Assembly: GCA_965215195.1 (NCBI GenBank)
Contig: CBDCDC010000002.1
Coordinates: 3,840,001 to 3,904,000 of the forward strand
Reading direction: 5' to 3'
Origin: Candidatus Latescibacterota bacterium
Lineage (GTDB): Bacteria > Latescibacterota > UBA2968 > UBA8231
DNA length: 64,000 nucleotides
Shown here: positions 9,301-18,622 of the stretch, one piece after another
Layout of the letters: the number at the start of each line of letters is the position of its first letter
Numbering within the stretch: position 1 is the stretch's first letter
Notes under the pieces: model-generated
What the model was told of the DNA's origin: nothing
Databases searched by the model: none
What the model saw: the letters and a program-made list of their open reading frames with translations, nothing else
Translations under genes and position numbers: made by a program

Positions 9301-10488
9301 ATGCAGATTCGGAATGTCAAATGTTACCTGTTGCACGGTGAACCCGCGACGCGGCAGGAGATCTGTGGGGCCAGAGGAAGCATTGCCCCAGTGCCGCCGG
9401 GCCTCTCCGGCCTGCTTACCCACGACCAAGGATTCGGTGCTGCCGATCCCGAGGGATTTGCGTTCACCGGGGAAGAACCCGAGCCAACGTACCGCCTGCT
9501 GATCCGGCTCGTGACCGATGGCGAACTGGATGCGTACGCCGACTATGCCACGGGGTTTGATCCCCGGGAACTGGAATGGCAGGCCAAGGCGTTTTTGGCC
9601 CGCTATGCCCACATGCTCATCGGCGTGGATGCCTTTGACCGGGAATACATCTGGCAGCGGTTTTGGATGGCCCAGCGGTTCATGTACACGGGCCGGGGGC
9701 TGCTCGACACCATCGACCGGATGTTGTGGGACTTGGCGAGTCGCTCTGCCCGCCTGCCGATCTACAAGCTGCTCGGGGCTTGCCGCGAAAGCGTACCCGC
9801 CTACTGCAACGTCGGCGGCCAGACTATTGACGACTTGGTGGCTCACGCGGTGAAGCGGGTGGAAGAAGAGGGGTTCATCGGCTGCAAGGATCACTCGTAC
9901 CGAGGGGTGAAAGGCAACGGGGAGCTGGCCGTGAAGATGCGGGAGACGCTGGGCGACGATATCCTGCTCTTTCACGATCCGGTCGAGTCGTACACGTTTG
10001 AGGAGGCCGTGAAAATCGGCCGCATTCTGGAGAAGTGCCGCTACCGATGGATAGAAGAGCCGCTGCAGGACTACGACATCATGGGGCTGAGGAAGCTGTG
10101 CGCCGCCCTCGATCTTCCGGTGCTGACCCTCGAGTGGATCGGCGCCATCGGCGGACAGCCCTACAATACGGCACCGTACTTGGCTCTACAGGCCGCGGAT
10201 ATAGTCCGGCAGCGGGGCATCGGCATCACGGGCCAAGTCAAACAGGCTCAACTAGCCGAAAGCTTCGGCGTTGAGGTACACGGCGGCGATCCCCAAGTCA
10301 TCCTATCTATTGGCAACGATCCCGTCTTTGAAGCCATGGGCGTACAGCCGCCTCCACCCGAGGAGGAACTGGACTGCCGAGGTGCGCTCGTCGTAGAGAA
10401 TGGCACTATGTCGATAGCTTGGAGCGACCGTCCCGCGGCCGAACCGGATTGGGACGAGGTGGCCCGGCGCGCCGTTTGTGTCATTTGA
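9301..10488 (+). CDS. Mandelate racemase/enolase superfamily protein
   Basis: 'IDRMLWDLASR..LPIYKLLGA', 'LFHDP', 'WIEEPL', 'TLEW'. Confidence 0.85.
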   Translation: MQIRNVKCYLLHGEPATRQEICGARGSIAPVPPGLSGLLTHDQGFGAADPEGFAFTGEEPEPTYRLLIRLVTDGELDAYADYATGFDPRELEWQAKAFLARYAHMLIGVDAFDREYIWQRFWMAQRFMYTGRGLLDTIDRMLWDLASRSARLPIYKLLGACRESVPAYCNVGGQTIDDLVAHAVKRVEEEGFIGCKDHSYRGVKGNGELAVKMRETLGDDILLFHDPVESYTFEEAVKIGRILEKCRYRWIEEPLQDYDIMGLRKLCAALDLPVLTLEWIGAIGGQPYNTAPYLALQAADIVRQRGIGITGQVKQAQLAESFGVEVHGGDPQVILSIGNDPVFEAMGVQPPPPEEELDCRGALVVENGTMSIAWSDRPAAEPDWDEVARRAVCVI

Positions 10489-10520
10489 CCACAAAGCTAT
10501 CCTACCGGAGCCAGTATGCA

Positions 10521-11423
10521 ATGTGCGGCATTGTTGGGCTGTACGTAAAAAAACGCGACTTGGCCGACCAACTCGGTGCGCTGTTCGCCGAGATGCTGAT
10601 ATGCATGAGCGATCGCGGCCCCGATAGCGCAGGATTAGCGCTCTATGGCAATGAGCCGCCGGAGGATTTTATCAAAGTCACCTTGCGGCACGCGGCCTTC
10701 GACTACGACTGGCCGGGGCTGGCCGACCAGCTCGGCGCACGCTTTGGCTGCGAGCCCAGCCTGCGCGTCAACGCCAACTACGCGGTCATTGCGGTGCGCG
10801 CCGACGCCGATTCCCTATGGCGGGTGATAGCTGGCTTAGACCCGGGCCTGACGGTAATGAGCATCGGCCGCAGCATCGAGATCCTCAAAGAGATCGGCCC
10901 ACCCGCCGAGATCGTCGAGCGCTTCGGCGTACGCAAGATGCGCGGGACGCACGTCATCGGCCATACGCGCATGGCCACCGAGAGCGCGGTGACCACCGAC
11001 GGCTCGCATCCCTTTTCCACGGGCATGGACCTCTGCTTAGTACACAACGGATCGCTGAGCAACCACAATCGGCTGCGTGCGCACCTAGAGCGCAGCGGGA
11101 TCGAAATTCGCACTGAAAACGACTCTGAGGTGGCGGCCGGCTACTTGATGTGGCGAATGCAGCAGGGGGATACCTTGCAAGCGGCCCTGCAAGCGGCGCT
11201 CGACGATCTGGACGGCTTCTATACCTTTGCCATTGGCACGGCCGATGGCTTCGCGGTCTTGCGCGACCCGATTGCCTGCAAGCCGGCCGTGCTGGCCGAG
11301 ACGGACGAGTACGTGGCGATGGCCAGCGAGTTCCAAGCGTTGGCCCACCTGCCCGGGATCGATGCCGCCGAGATCTGGGAGCCTAAGCCGGCGCAGGTCT
11401 ATACTTGGGGCGGGGTTGGATGA
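10521..11423 (+). CDS. mgsA: N-methylglutamate synthase subunit A (class II glutamine amidotransferase, GlxB)
   Basis: Ntn start MCGIVG at 10521; 'RGPDSAG', 'GHTRMATES', 'VHNGSLSNH', 'ENDSEVAA'; pathway context. Confidence 0.9.
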   Translation: MCGIVGLYVKKRDLADQLGALFAEMLICMSDRGPDSAGLALYGNEPPEDFIKVTLRHAAFDYDWPGLADQLGARFGCEPSLRVNANYAVIAVRADADSLWRVIAGLDPGLTVMSIGRSIEILKEIGPPAEIVERFGVRKMRGTHVIGHTRMATESAVTTDGSHPFSTGMDLCLVHNGSLSNHNRLRAHLERSGIEIRTENDSEVAAGYLMWRMQQGDTLQAALQAALDDLDGFYTFAIGTADGFAVLRDPIACKPAVLAETDEYVAMASEFQALAHLPGIDAAEIWEPKPAQVYTWGGVG

Positions 11424-11479
11424 TCTACCAAGACAAAGGCGTACAGGTTGCGCTTCAACCCTGATTCGGGCATTGCAAT

Positions 11480-12187
11480 ATGCAAAAGAAAAAAGAAAAC
11501 TATTTTAATTCTGAAGCAGAAAAAATTTATGGTAAAGTAAAAGGGCTGTATCATCAAACGAGTATAAAAAAGAGGATCGAAGCTCTTTTCCTCGATAACC
11601 TCGGAAAGGTTCTATCAAGGGAACAAATCATCGAAGTAGCTAGGGACCCGATAACCCAAAAAGACCCTGAAAATTGGCATCAGAGATTATCGGAATTACG
11701 AACTGATGATGGATACACAATTCTATCATGGCGGAATCGTGGTGACTTAAAGATCCAAGAATACCTTATGCCTACTTCTAAAAAAAGACCAAAAACAACC
11801 AAGAGAGTTCGTCCACATAATAAAGTATGGTTAGAGATATTGGAGAAAGCGAAATATTCTTGTGAATGGGAGGAAGATGGTATTCGGTGCGAACTTAAAG
11901 ACGGAGATATAGATCCAATCGGCGGAGGCACCGTAACACTCACACCAGATCATAAGGCACCCCATTCAATAAATATGGAAGCTGATCCAAGTGATCCAAA
12001 CCAATGGAGAGTATTATGTGGACGGCATCAGGTTATGAAAAAGAACTTTTGGGATGATAGCACTGGCAAAATCAATGTCTATGCTATTGTTCAAGCCGCA
12101 AGTGAAAGGGAAAAGAGGATTGTCTTTTCTTTTTTAATAGATTATTTTGGGTATCAAATCAATGAGAAAAAATTGGAGGAGAAATAA
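11480..12187 (+). CDS. KpnI-like type II restriction endonuclease (HNH/ββα-Me)
   Basis: Blocks I recall from R.KpnI: 'RIEALFL.NLGKV', 'PENWHQRLSELRTD.GYTILSWR', 'YSCEW.EDG', 'GDIDPIGGGTV.LTPDH', 'LCGRHQVMKKN.WD'. AT-rich. Confidence 0.85.
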   Translation: MQKKKENYFNSEAEKIYGKVKGLYHQTSIKKRIEALFLDNLGKVLSREQIIEVARDPITQKDPENWHQRLSELRTDDGYTILSWRNRGDLKIQEYLMPTSKKRPKTTKRVRPHNKVWLEILEKAKYSCEWEEDGIRCELKDGDIDPIGGGTVTLTPDHKAPHSINMEADPSDPNQWRVLCGRHQVMKKNFWDDSTGKINVYAIVQAASEREKRIVFSFLIDYFGYQINEKKLEEK

Positions 12188-12189
12188 GC

Positions 12190-12999
12190 ATGACTCAAGC
12201 GACTTTTACAGAATTTGACAAAGTAACACACAATAACGAAAATAAAAAAGGCAGTACTTTAATACTACCACCGATGGACGTATTTGAATCCATCGAATGG
12301 ATTAAATTAGCTGGCATCAAGCCGCGTGTGGCAATGCTCGATCCATGGTATAATAAAGGTTTTGGAGAAATAAGAGATGATTACAATGATTTTGTCGTGT
12401 CCATACTCGAAGCCCTTATTGATATCTCCGACCACGTATTCTTGTGGGGTTTTCCCGAGATTATAGCTCAGTACTTTAATCGCATACCAACTGAGTACAA
12501 ACTCGTCGCATGGCTCACTTGGTATTACAAAAATAACCCATCTGTTATTCGAGGATGGCGCTCAAGTCAAAATACTTGCCTGCACCTTTCTCAAGGAGAT
12601 GCAAAGCTATATCCCGAACACTTTTTGAACGATGTACAAAAAGAAAAGTTAAAGAAGGGAAAGCTGAGATATATGCCTGGCCCAACTAGCGTAATAGAAG
12701 CGTCCTTGTTGGTGGGCTTTGTAGGTCGGAATGAGCAAACAGGTCATCCGTCGCAAAAACCATTAAAGGTATATGAGCCTCTTTTTTTTATGACGACTAA
12801 AGAAGAAGATTTAATTTATGATCCTATGTGTGGCTCTGGTACTACGGGTGCATTTGCCTTAAAACACAATCGGGTCGCAATTTTATCAGACATCAACGAG
12901 GAATATATTTCCATGGTTGAATCGCGGCTCCTAGAAAAGAGAATTCATTCTACCAGTGCATTGCCCTCAACGCTTATAGCTGCGCTGGAGGGGGATTAG
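12190..12999 (+). CDS. Beta-class N6/N4 DNA methyltransferase, cognate to the upstream endonuclease
   Basis: Motif IV 'DPWY' precedes 'HPSQKP' and motif I 'DPMCGSGTT'. AT-rich; starts 2 bp after the endonuclease stop. Confidence 0.88.
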   Translation: MTQATFTEFDKVTHNNENKKGSTLILPPMDVFESIEWIKLAGIKPRVAMLDPWYNKGFGEIRDDYNDFVVSILEALIDISDHVFLWGFPEIIAQYFNRIPTEYKLVAWLTWYYKNNPSVIRGWRSSQNTCLHLSQGDAKLYPEHFLNDVQKEKLKKGKLRYMPGPTSVIEASLLVGFVGRNEQTGHPSQKPLKVYEPLFFMTTKEEDLIYDPMCGSGTTGAFALKHNRVAILSDINEEYISMVESRLLEKRIHSTSALPSTLIAALEGD

Positions 13000-13002
13000 C
13001 CG

Positions 13003-13701
13003 ATGGGCGCGGGAATGGAAGTGTACGACTTAGCTGCGGGTACGTTGCGCCAGCTCAACCAGCACCTGCACGACCTCACCGAGGAGACGGCCAAGACGCC
13101 GTGGCGGATTCTGCATCCCCGAGGCGCACACGCCGTGGCCGCCGGGGTCAATGCGCCCGTAGAGATCGACATCGAAGGCCACGTTGGCTACTATTGCGCC
13201 GGCATGAATCAGCGCGCCGGCATCACCGTCCACGGGATGGTCGGGGTCGGGGTTGCCGAGAACATGATGTCGGGACTCGTGAGAGTGAAGGGCCACGCCA
13301 GCCAGTGCGCGGGAGCCACCGGGCACGGCGGCCTGCTGGTCATTGAGGGCGACGCGGCGAGCCGCTGCGGAATTTCCATGAAGGGGATCGATATTGTGGT
13401 CGGCGGCTCGGTCGGCCACAGCAGTTGCTTTATGGCGCAAGCCGGCAACCTAGTCGTCTGCGGCGATGCCGACGAGGCGCTGGGCGACTCCCTGTACGAA
13501 GCGCGGATTTTCGTCCGCGGCCGGGTCGCTGGCCTGGGGGCCGACTGCATTGAAAAGCCCATGCGCGACGAGCACCTGAGCGCGTTGGCCGAGCTGTTGG
13601 CGCGGGCGGGCCTGCCCGGCGTCCAGCCCGAAGAGTTCCGCCGCTACGGCTCGGCGCGCCAGCTTTACAACTTTGAGGTGAACAAGGCCGACCAATACTA
13701 A
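13003..13701 (+). CDS. mgsB: N-methylglutamate synthase subunit B (GXGXG / GlxC)
   Basis: Repeated GXGXG β-helix: 'GYYCAGMN', 'GVAENMMSG', 'RCGISMKG', 'LGDSLYEA', 'RRYGSARQLYNF'. Confidence 0.9.
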   Translation: MGAGMEVYDLAAGTLRQLNQHLHDLTEETAKTPWRILHPRGAHAVAAGVNAPVEIDIEGHVGYYCAGMNQRAGITVHGMVGVGVAENMMSGLVRVKGHASQCAGATGHGGLLVIEGDAASRCGISMKGIDIVVGGSVGHSSCFMAQAGNLVVCGDADEALGDSLYEARIFVRGRVAGLGADCIEKPMRDEHLSALAELLARAGLPGVQPEEFRRYGSARQLYNFEVNKADQY

Positions 13702-13747
13702 AGTCCGCACCCCAGCCTAGGGGGCGGGGGACCCCTAACCACTAAAT

Positions 13748-15097
13748 ATGACGCAACCACACCACAGCCAAGAGGGCCTGCGCGAGTCGGCTACCTTTGA
13801 CCGCAGCGTCATCTACGAGATCCAGCGCGCTGCGCGCACCGGGATCTACGACATTCGCGGCTGGGGGGCCAAGCGCCGGGTGCCCCATTTTGACGACTTG
13901 GTCTTTTTGGGCGCGAGCATGTCGCGCTACCCCTTAGAGGGCTACCGCGAGCGCTGCGACACCAATGTGGTGCTGGGCACGCGCTACGCCAAAAACCCGA
14001 TCCACCTCGACATCCCCATCACCATCGCCGGGATGAGCTTCGGCTCACTGTCGGCTCAGGCCAAAGAGGCGCTCGGCCGCGGGGCCAGCGCGGTGGGCAC
14101 GAGCACCACGACCGGCGACGGCGGGATGACGCCGGAGGAGCGCGCACAGTCGCGGATTTTGGTCTATCAGCTTTTGCCCTCGCGCTACGGCATGAACCCC
14201 GACGATCTGCGGAAGGCCGATGCCATCGAGGTGGTGCTCGGCCAAGGGGCCAAGCCCGGCGGCGGCGGGATGCTCTTGGGGCAGAAGATCAGCAACCGCG
14301 TCGCCCAGATGCGGACCTTGCCCAAGGACATCGACCAGCGCTCGGCCTGTCGCCATCCCGACTGGACCGGCCCGGACGACTTGGCGATCAAGATCGTGGA
14401 ATTGCGCGAAATCACCGACTGGCAGGTGCCCATCTGCGTCAAGATCGGCGCGACCCGGACCTACTACGACACGCTCTTGGCGATCAAGGCCGGGGCCGAC
14501 GTGGTGGTCCTCGACGGGATGCAGGGCGGCACGGGTGCGACCCAAGAGGTATTCATCGAGCACGTAGGGATTCCGACCCTGCCGGCCGTGCGCCAAGCCG
14601 TGGAAGCGCTCGACGAGCTAAACATGCACCGCAAGGTGCAGCTCATTGTGTCTGGGGGGATCCGCAGCGGCGCAGATGTGGCCAAGGCCCTCGCGATGGG
14701 GGCAGACGCCTGTTCGATTGGCACGGCCGCGCTGATCGCGCTGGGCGACAACAGCCCGCATTTGGACGCCGAGTACCGCCAGCTCGGATCGGCCGCTGGC
14801 TTTTACGACGACTTGCAGGACGGCCAAGACCCAGCCGGCATCTCGACCCAGAACGAAGCATTGGCCCAGCGTCTCGACCCGGTGGCCGGCGGCCGACAGC
14901 TCGCCAACTATCTGCGGGTGATGACCATGGAGTGCCAGACCATTGCCCGCGCCTGCGGCAAATCGCACGTTCACAATTTGGAGCCAGAGGACTTGGCGGC
15001 GCTGACCATTGAGGCCGCGGCCATGGCCAAGATCCCCTTGGCCGGGACGGATTGGATTCCTGGAAACACGCCAACTAAAGGAGCCTGCTGTGACTGA
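13748..15097 (+). CDS. mgsC: N-methylglutamate synthase subunit C (FMN-binding glutamate synthase family, GlxD)
   Basis: 'AGMSFGSLS', 'GQGAKPGGGG', 'RHPDWTGPDDL', 'DGMQGGTGA'. Confidence 0.92.
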   Translation: MTQPHHSQEGLRESATFDRSVIYEIQRAARTGIYDIRGWGAKRRVPHFDDLVFLGASMSRYPLEGYRERCDTNVVLGTRYAKNPIHLDIPITIAGMSFGSLSAQAKEALGRGASAVGTSTTTGDGGMTPEERAQSRILVYQLLPSRYGMNPDDLRKADAIEVVLGQGAKPGGGGMLLGQKISNRVAQMRTLPKDIDQRSACRHPDWTGPDDLAIKIVELREITDWQVPICVKIGATRTYYDTLLAIKAGADVVVLDGMQGGTGATQEVFIEHVGIPTLPAVRQAVEALDELNMHRKVQLIVSGGIRSGADVAKALAMGADACSIGTAALIALGDNSPHLDAEYRQLGSAAGFYDDLQDGQDPAGISTQNEALAQRLDPVAGGRQLANYLRVMTMECQTIARACGKSHVHNLEPEDLAALTIEAAAMAKIPLAGTDWIPGNTPTKGACCD

Positions 15098-16448
15098 GCG
15101 CACTGAGATCAAAGAACGCCTCGCCCAAGAGGACATAGAATTCCTCCTAGTACAGTTCGTCGATATGACCGGTGCGCCCAAAGTAAAGATGGTGCCGGTG
15201 ACAGCGCTTGACGACGCGCTCGACGAAGGCGCGGGTTTTGCCGGCGCATCTATTTGGGGCTTGGGGCAAGGGCCGCACTCGCACGATATGCTGGCGCGGA
15301 TCGACCTCGATTCGTACGCGCGCCTGTCTTGGCAGCCGAACACGGTGCGCTTTGCCAGCGACCTCTTCGTCGATGGGGAATCCTATCCCTATTGCTCGCG
15401 CACCAACCTCCAGCGCGTGTGCGCCGACGCCCGGCAACAGGGCTACGTCTTCAACGTGGGCATGGAGCCGGAGCACTTTCTCGTGGCGCGCGATGCCGAG
15501 GGCGCGATCCGGCCTTGGGACCCGGACGGCGTGGATACGCTGGCCAAGCCCTGCTACGACTTCCGCTCCATGTCGCCGGCCATGGCGTACTTGCAGGAGC
15601 TAACTCGGTCGCTCAACGACCTCGGCTGGGGGGTTTATCAGTGCGACCACGAGGACGCCAACGGGCAATTCGAGGTCAACTTCGACTACGCCGACGCGCT
15701 GGCGACTTCAGACCGCATCATTTTCTTTAAGATGGCCACTTCGCAGATCGCCAAAAAGTTCGGGGCGATCGCCACGCACATGCCCAAGCCATTCGCCGAC
15801 CGCACTGGCAGCGGTTTGCACGCGCACTACCATCTGGCCGACGCCGACTCGGGCGAGAATCTCTTCTTGGACGAAGGGGACGAGCGCGGCTTGGGTTGCT
15901 CAGAGCTGGCCTACCACTTCCTCGGTGGCATTTTGCACCACGCACGCGCCCTGTGCGCGGTCTCCAGCCCCACGGTAAACTGCTACAAGCGGTTGCAACT
16001 CGGCACTGGCGTCTATTCGAGCCGCTCGGGTTTTACCTGGACGCCGGCGTTTATCACCTATGGCGACAACAACCGCACGCAGATGATCCGCACGGCCGGC
16101 GAGGGGCATTTTGAAGACCGCACGATCAGCGCCGCGGCCAATCCCTATCTGGCCTTGGCCGCCTATCTAGTCGCCGGGCTTGACGGCATTGAGCGCGGCT
16201 TGGAGCCGGGTGAGCCAAATTTAGGCAACATGTACGAGCGCTCCCTCGACGAGATCCAGGCGGCAGGGATACAGCTTTTGCCGCAATCGCTGGCCGAGGC
16301 ACTCGACGCACTGCGCGAGGACGAAGTGGTGCAGAGTGCGCTAGGCCCCATCGCCGACGAGTTTCTCGAGATAAAAGCCAGCGAGTGGGCCGAGTACGAC
16401 AGCCAAGTCAGCCGCTGGGAGATCGAGCGGTATTTGACCTCCTGCTGA
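15090..16448 (+). CDS. gmaS: Gamma-glutamylmethylamide synthetase (type III glutamate-ammonia ligase, GlnT)
   Basis: 'GAGFAG', 'DHEDANGQFE', 'MPKPFADRTGSGLH', 'YGDNNRT'; GTG start overlapping mgsC with AAGGAG RBS. Confidence 0.9.
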   Translation: MTERTEIKERLAQEDIEFLLVQFVDMTGAPKVKMVPVTALDDALDEGAGFAGASIWGLGQGPHSHDMLARIDLDSYARLSWQPNTVRFASDLFVDGESYPYCSRTNLQRVCADARQQGYVFNVGMEPEHFLVARDAEGAIRPWDPDGVDTLAKPCYDFRSMSPAMAYLQELTRSLNDLGWGVYQCDHEDANGQFEVNFDYADALATSDRIIFFKMATSQIAKKFGAIATHMPKPFADRTGSGLHAHYHLADADSGENLFLDEGDERGLGCSELAYHFLGGILHHARALCAVSSPTVNCYKRLQLGTGVYSSRSGFTWTPAFITYGDNNRTQMIRTAGEGHFEDRTISAAANPYLALAAYLVAGLDGIERGLEPGEPNLGNMYERSLDEIQAAGIQLLPQSLAEALDALREDEVVQSALGPIADEFLEIKASEWAEYDSQVSRWEIERYLTSC

Positions 16449-16509
16449 GGCCATGCCCTTAACTTTAATATGGAGGCTATCGATGCCAGTTCTTCTTCAT
16501 GTACCAACG

Positions 16510-16528
16510 TACGTTATTAACGTATGCT
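16510..16528 (+). promoter_or_regulatory. Palindromic operator/-10 region upstream of hicBA
   Basis: TACGTTA-T-TAACGTA palindrome (16510-16524) overlapping TATGCT. Confidence 0.4.
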
Positions 16529-16575
16529 AATGATGTTCTGACATTTTGGTCCGGTGAATACGTGGAGGTATTTCG

Positions 16576-16821
16576 ATGAATTACAAAGTGCCCCTTGTTT
16601 TAACGTCGCAACCCGAAGGGGGGTACACAGTGACGTCACCTTTGTTGCCTGAGTTGGTCTCGGAAGGAGATTCGATATCCCACGCTTTGGAAAACGTCCA
16701 AGATGCTTTTGCTGCGGTTGTTGAACTCTATGAAGACCTAGGACGCTCATTGCCTCAAGATATCCAAATTCTCGCTACCAATAGTCTCGTGTGTTTTGAG
16801 ACAGTGCTATCTGCTCAGTGA
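16576..16821 (+). CDS. hicB: HicB family antitoxin
   Basis: 'EGGYTVTSPLLPELVSEGDSISHALENVQDA' partial RNase H fold. Confidence 0.88.
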   Translation: MNYKVPLVLTSQPEGGYTVTSPLLPELVSEGDSISHALENVQDAFAAVVELYEDLGRSLPQDIQILATNSLVCFETVLSAQ

Positions 16822-17030
16822 ACTATCGAGAGGTTGCGCGGAAATTGACGGTCCTTGGTTGTCGAGAACAAAAGCGGAGAGGCCGGGGCTCACATAGAAA
16901 ATGGTTTAATCCCCATTCCGAGAGAGCCGCTATTGTTCCAGATTGGGGTGGACGCGATCTGAAATTGGGAACTGTTCGTGCCGCTGTTCGACAGCTAGGA
17001 ATCGATTGGCAGCACTTTCAACAGGCTTAG
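16818..17030 (+). CDS. hicA: HicA family toxin (mRNA interferase)
   Basis: 'RGRGSHRKW...VPDWGGRDLKLGTVRAAVRQLGI'; GTGA overlap with hicB. Confidence 0.88.
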   Translation: MNYREVARKLTVLGCREQKRRGRGSHRKWFNPHSERAAIVPDWGGRDLKLGTVRAAVRQLGIDWQHFQQA

Positions 17031-17100
17031 TGGCTTTTGCAGGATGGTCGTACTCTCATCGCCTTAAAACACTTGCTTTTTGGGAAAAACCAGACGGTCC

Positions 17101-18345
17101 ATGCCCTACCGGTTGCTCAAATTCGGCTTCGAGAAAGAGTACTCCGAGCCGCGCATGTTCCGCTCGCCGGCGCGGCTGCGCGACAGCTATGAAGTGGTGA
17201 TCATCGGCGGCGGCGGCCACGGGCTGGCCGCGGCGCACTATCTCGCCCAAGAGCACGGCATCCGCGATGTGGCCGTCCTAGAGCAGTGCTACATCGGCCA
17301 CGGCGGCACCGGCCGCAACACCGCGATCATCCGCTCGAATTACCTGACGGAAGAGGGCGCGCGCTTTTACCAGTTCAGCGTGGATCTGTACCGCGATTTG
17401 TCGCGGAAGCTCGACTACAACCTGTTCTACTCCGAGCGCGGCCACTTCACCTTGGCGCACACGCCGGCCGCGCTGCGCACCCAGCGCTGGCGCGCCGCGG
17501 TCAACAAGCACCTCGGCATCAGCTCCGAGGTCGTAGGCCCGGAGTTCGTCAAGAAGACCATTCCCGAGATCGACCTGAGTTGTGGCGGGCACCAACCGCC
17601 CATCATCGGCGCGCTCTACCACCCGCCCGGGGCCATCGCCCGCCACGACGCAGTGGCGTGGGCTTATGCGCGCGGGGCCGACCGCCAAGGCGTTGAAATC
17701 CACCAGCAGACCACTGTCACCGGCATTGAAGTCGAGGATGGCCGGGTCGCGGGCGTACACACGGACCGCGGTTTTATCCAGACCCGCAAGGTGCTCAGCG
17801 CGGTGGCGGGCTGGACGCCGCAGGTGCAGCGGATGGTCGGCTTGCGGTCGCCGCTGGTGGTACATCCACTCCAGGCGTTTGTCACCGAGCCGTTCAAGCC
17901 GTGGCTCGACGCGATTGTTGTATCGGCCAGCTTGCACACGTACGTCAGCCAATCATCGCGCGGCGAGTTGGTGGCTGGCGCGTCGTTGGATCCCTACGAA
18001 CTGACGTCCATGCGCTCAACGCTCGATTTTGCCGAGGGCTTGGCCGGGCACATGCTTGACCTCTTTCCCTGCTTGGGCCACGTCAAGGTGCTGCGCCAGT
18101 GGGCCGGGCTGTGCGACATGACCCCAGATTTTTCGCCGATCATGGGCACGACGCCGATTGCGGGGTTTTACATGGACGCGGGTTGGGGCACTTGGGGCTT
18201 TAAGGCTTCGCCGGTTTGCGGCTACACCATGGCCCACACCATGGCCCACGACGAGGACCATCCGCTAATCCGCGCCTTTAATCTGTCGCGGTTTGGCGCG
18301 TTTGCGCTGGTCGGGGAGAAGGGTGCGGCGTCCGTTGGCCACTGA
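17101..18345 (+). CDS. soxB: N-methylglutamate dehydrogenase / sarcosine oxidase beta subunit (MgdA/SoxB)
   Basis: 'IIGGGGHGLA', 'GRNTAIIRSNY', 'ARHDAVAW', 'GWGTWGFKA', 'EKGAASVGH'. Confidence 0.92.
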   Translation: MPYRLLKFGFEKEYSEPRMFRSPARLRDSYEVVIIGGGGHGLAAAHYLAQEHGIRDVAVLEQCYIGHGGTGRNTAIIRSNYLTEEGARFYQFSVDLYRDLSRKLDYNLFYSERGHFTLAHTPAALRTQRWRAAVNKHLGISSEVVGPEFVKKTIPEIDLSCGGHQPPIIGALYHPPGAIARHDAVAWAYARGADRQGVEIHQQTTVTGIEVEDGRVAGVHTDRGFIQTRKVLSAVAGWTPQVQRMVGLRSPLVVHPLQAFVTEPFKPWLDAIVVSASLHTYVSQSSRGELVAGASLDPYELTSMRSTLDFAEGLAGHMLDLFPCLGHVKVLRQWAGLCDMTPDFSPIMGTTPIAGFYMDAGWGTWGFKASPVCGYTMAHTMAHDEDHPLIRAFNLSRFGAFALVGEKGAASVGH

Positions 18346-18358
18346 TTGCGAATTCCCA

Positions 18359-18622
18359 ATGAAAATTCTCACCTGTCCAGTCAACGGTCCGCGCCCGCTC
18401 GCGGAGTTTGTCTTCGGCGGCGAGGTGCGCACCATGCCCAACGCCAAGCAAGCAAGCGACCCTGAGTGGGCCGACTACGTGTTCAACCGCTGCGGCGAGC
18501 CGGGCATCCGACGCGAGTGGTGGTATCACACTGCCAGCAGCACTTGGTTTATTGCCGAGCGCGACACGGCCCGCGACGAGATCGTCCGCACCTATCTGTG
18601 GGGTGAGGAGGACCAAGGGTGA
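18359..18622 (+). CDS. soxD: MgdB / sarcosine oxidase delta subunit
   Basis: 'MKILTCPVNGPRPLAEFVFGGE...WADYVF...EWWYH...FIAERDT'. Confidence 0.92.
   Translation: MKILTCPVNGPRPLAEFVFGGEVRTMPNAKQASDPEWADYVFNRCGEPGIRREWWYHTASSTWFIAERDTARDEIVRTYLWGEEDQG

Noticed and set aside
11420-11464. Short ORF MIYQDKGVQVALQP coupled to the mgsA stop as a duplicated mgsB start
   Set aside because: No convincing similarity to the mgsB 5' end.
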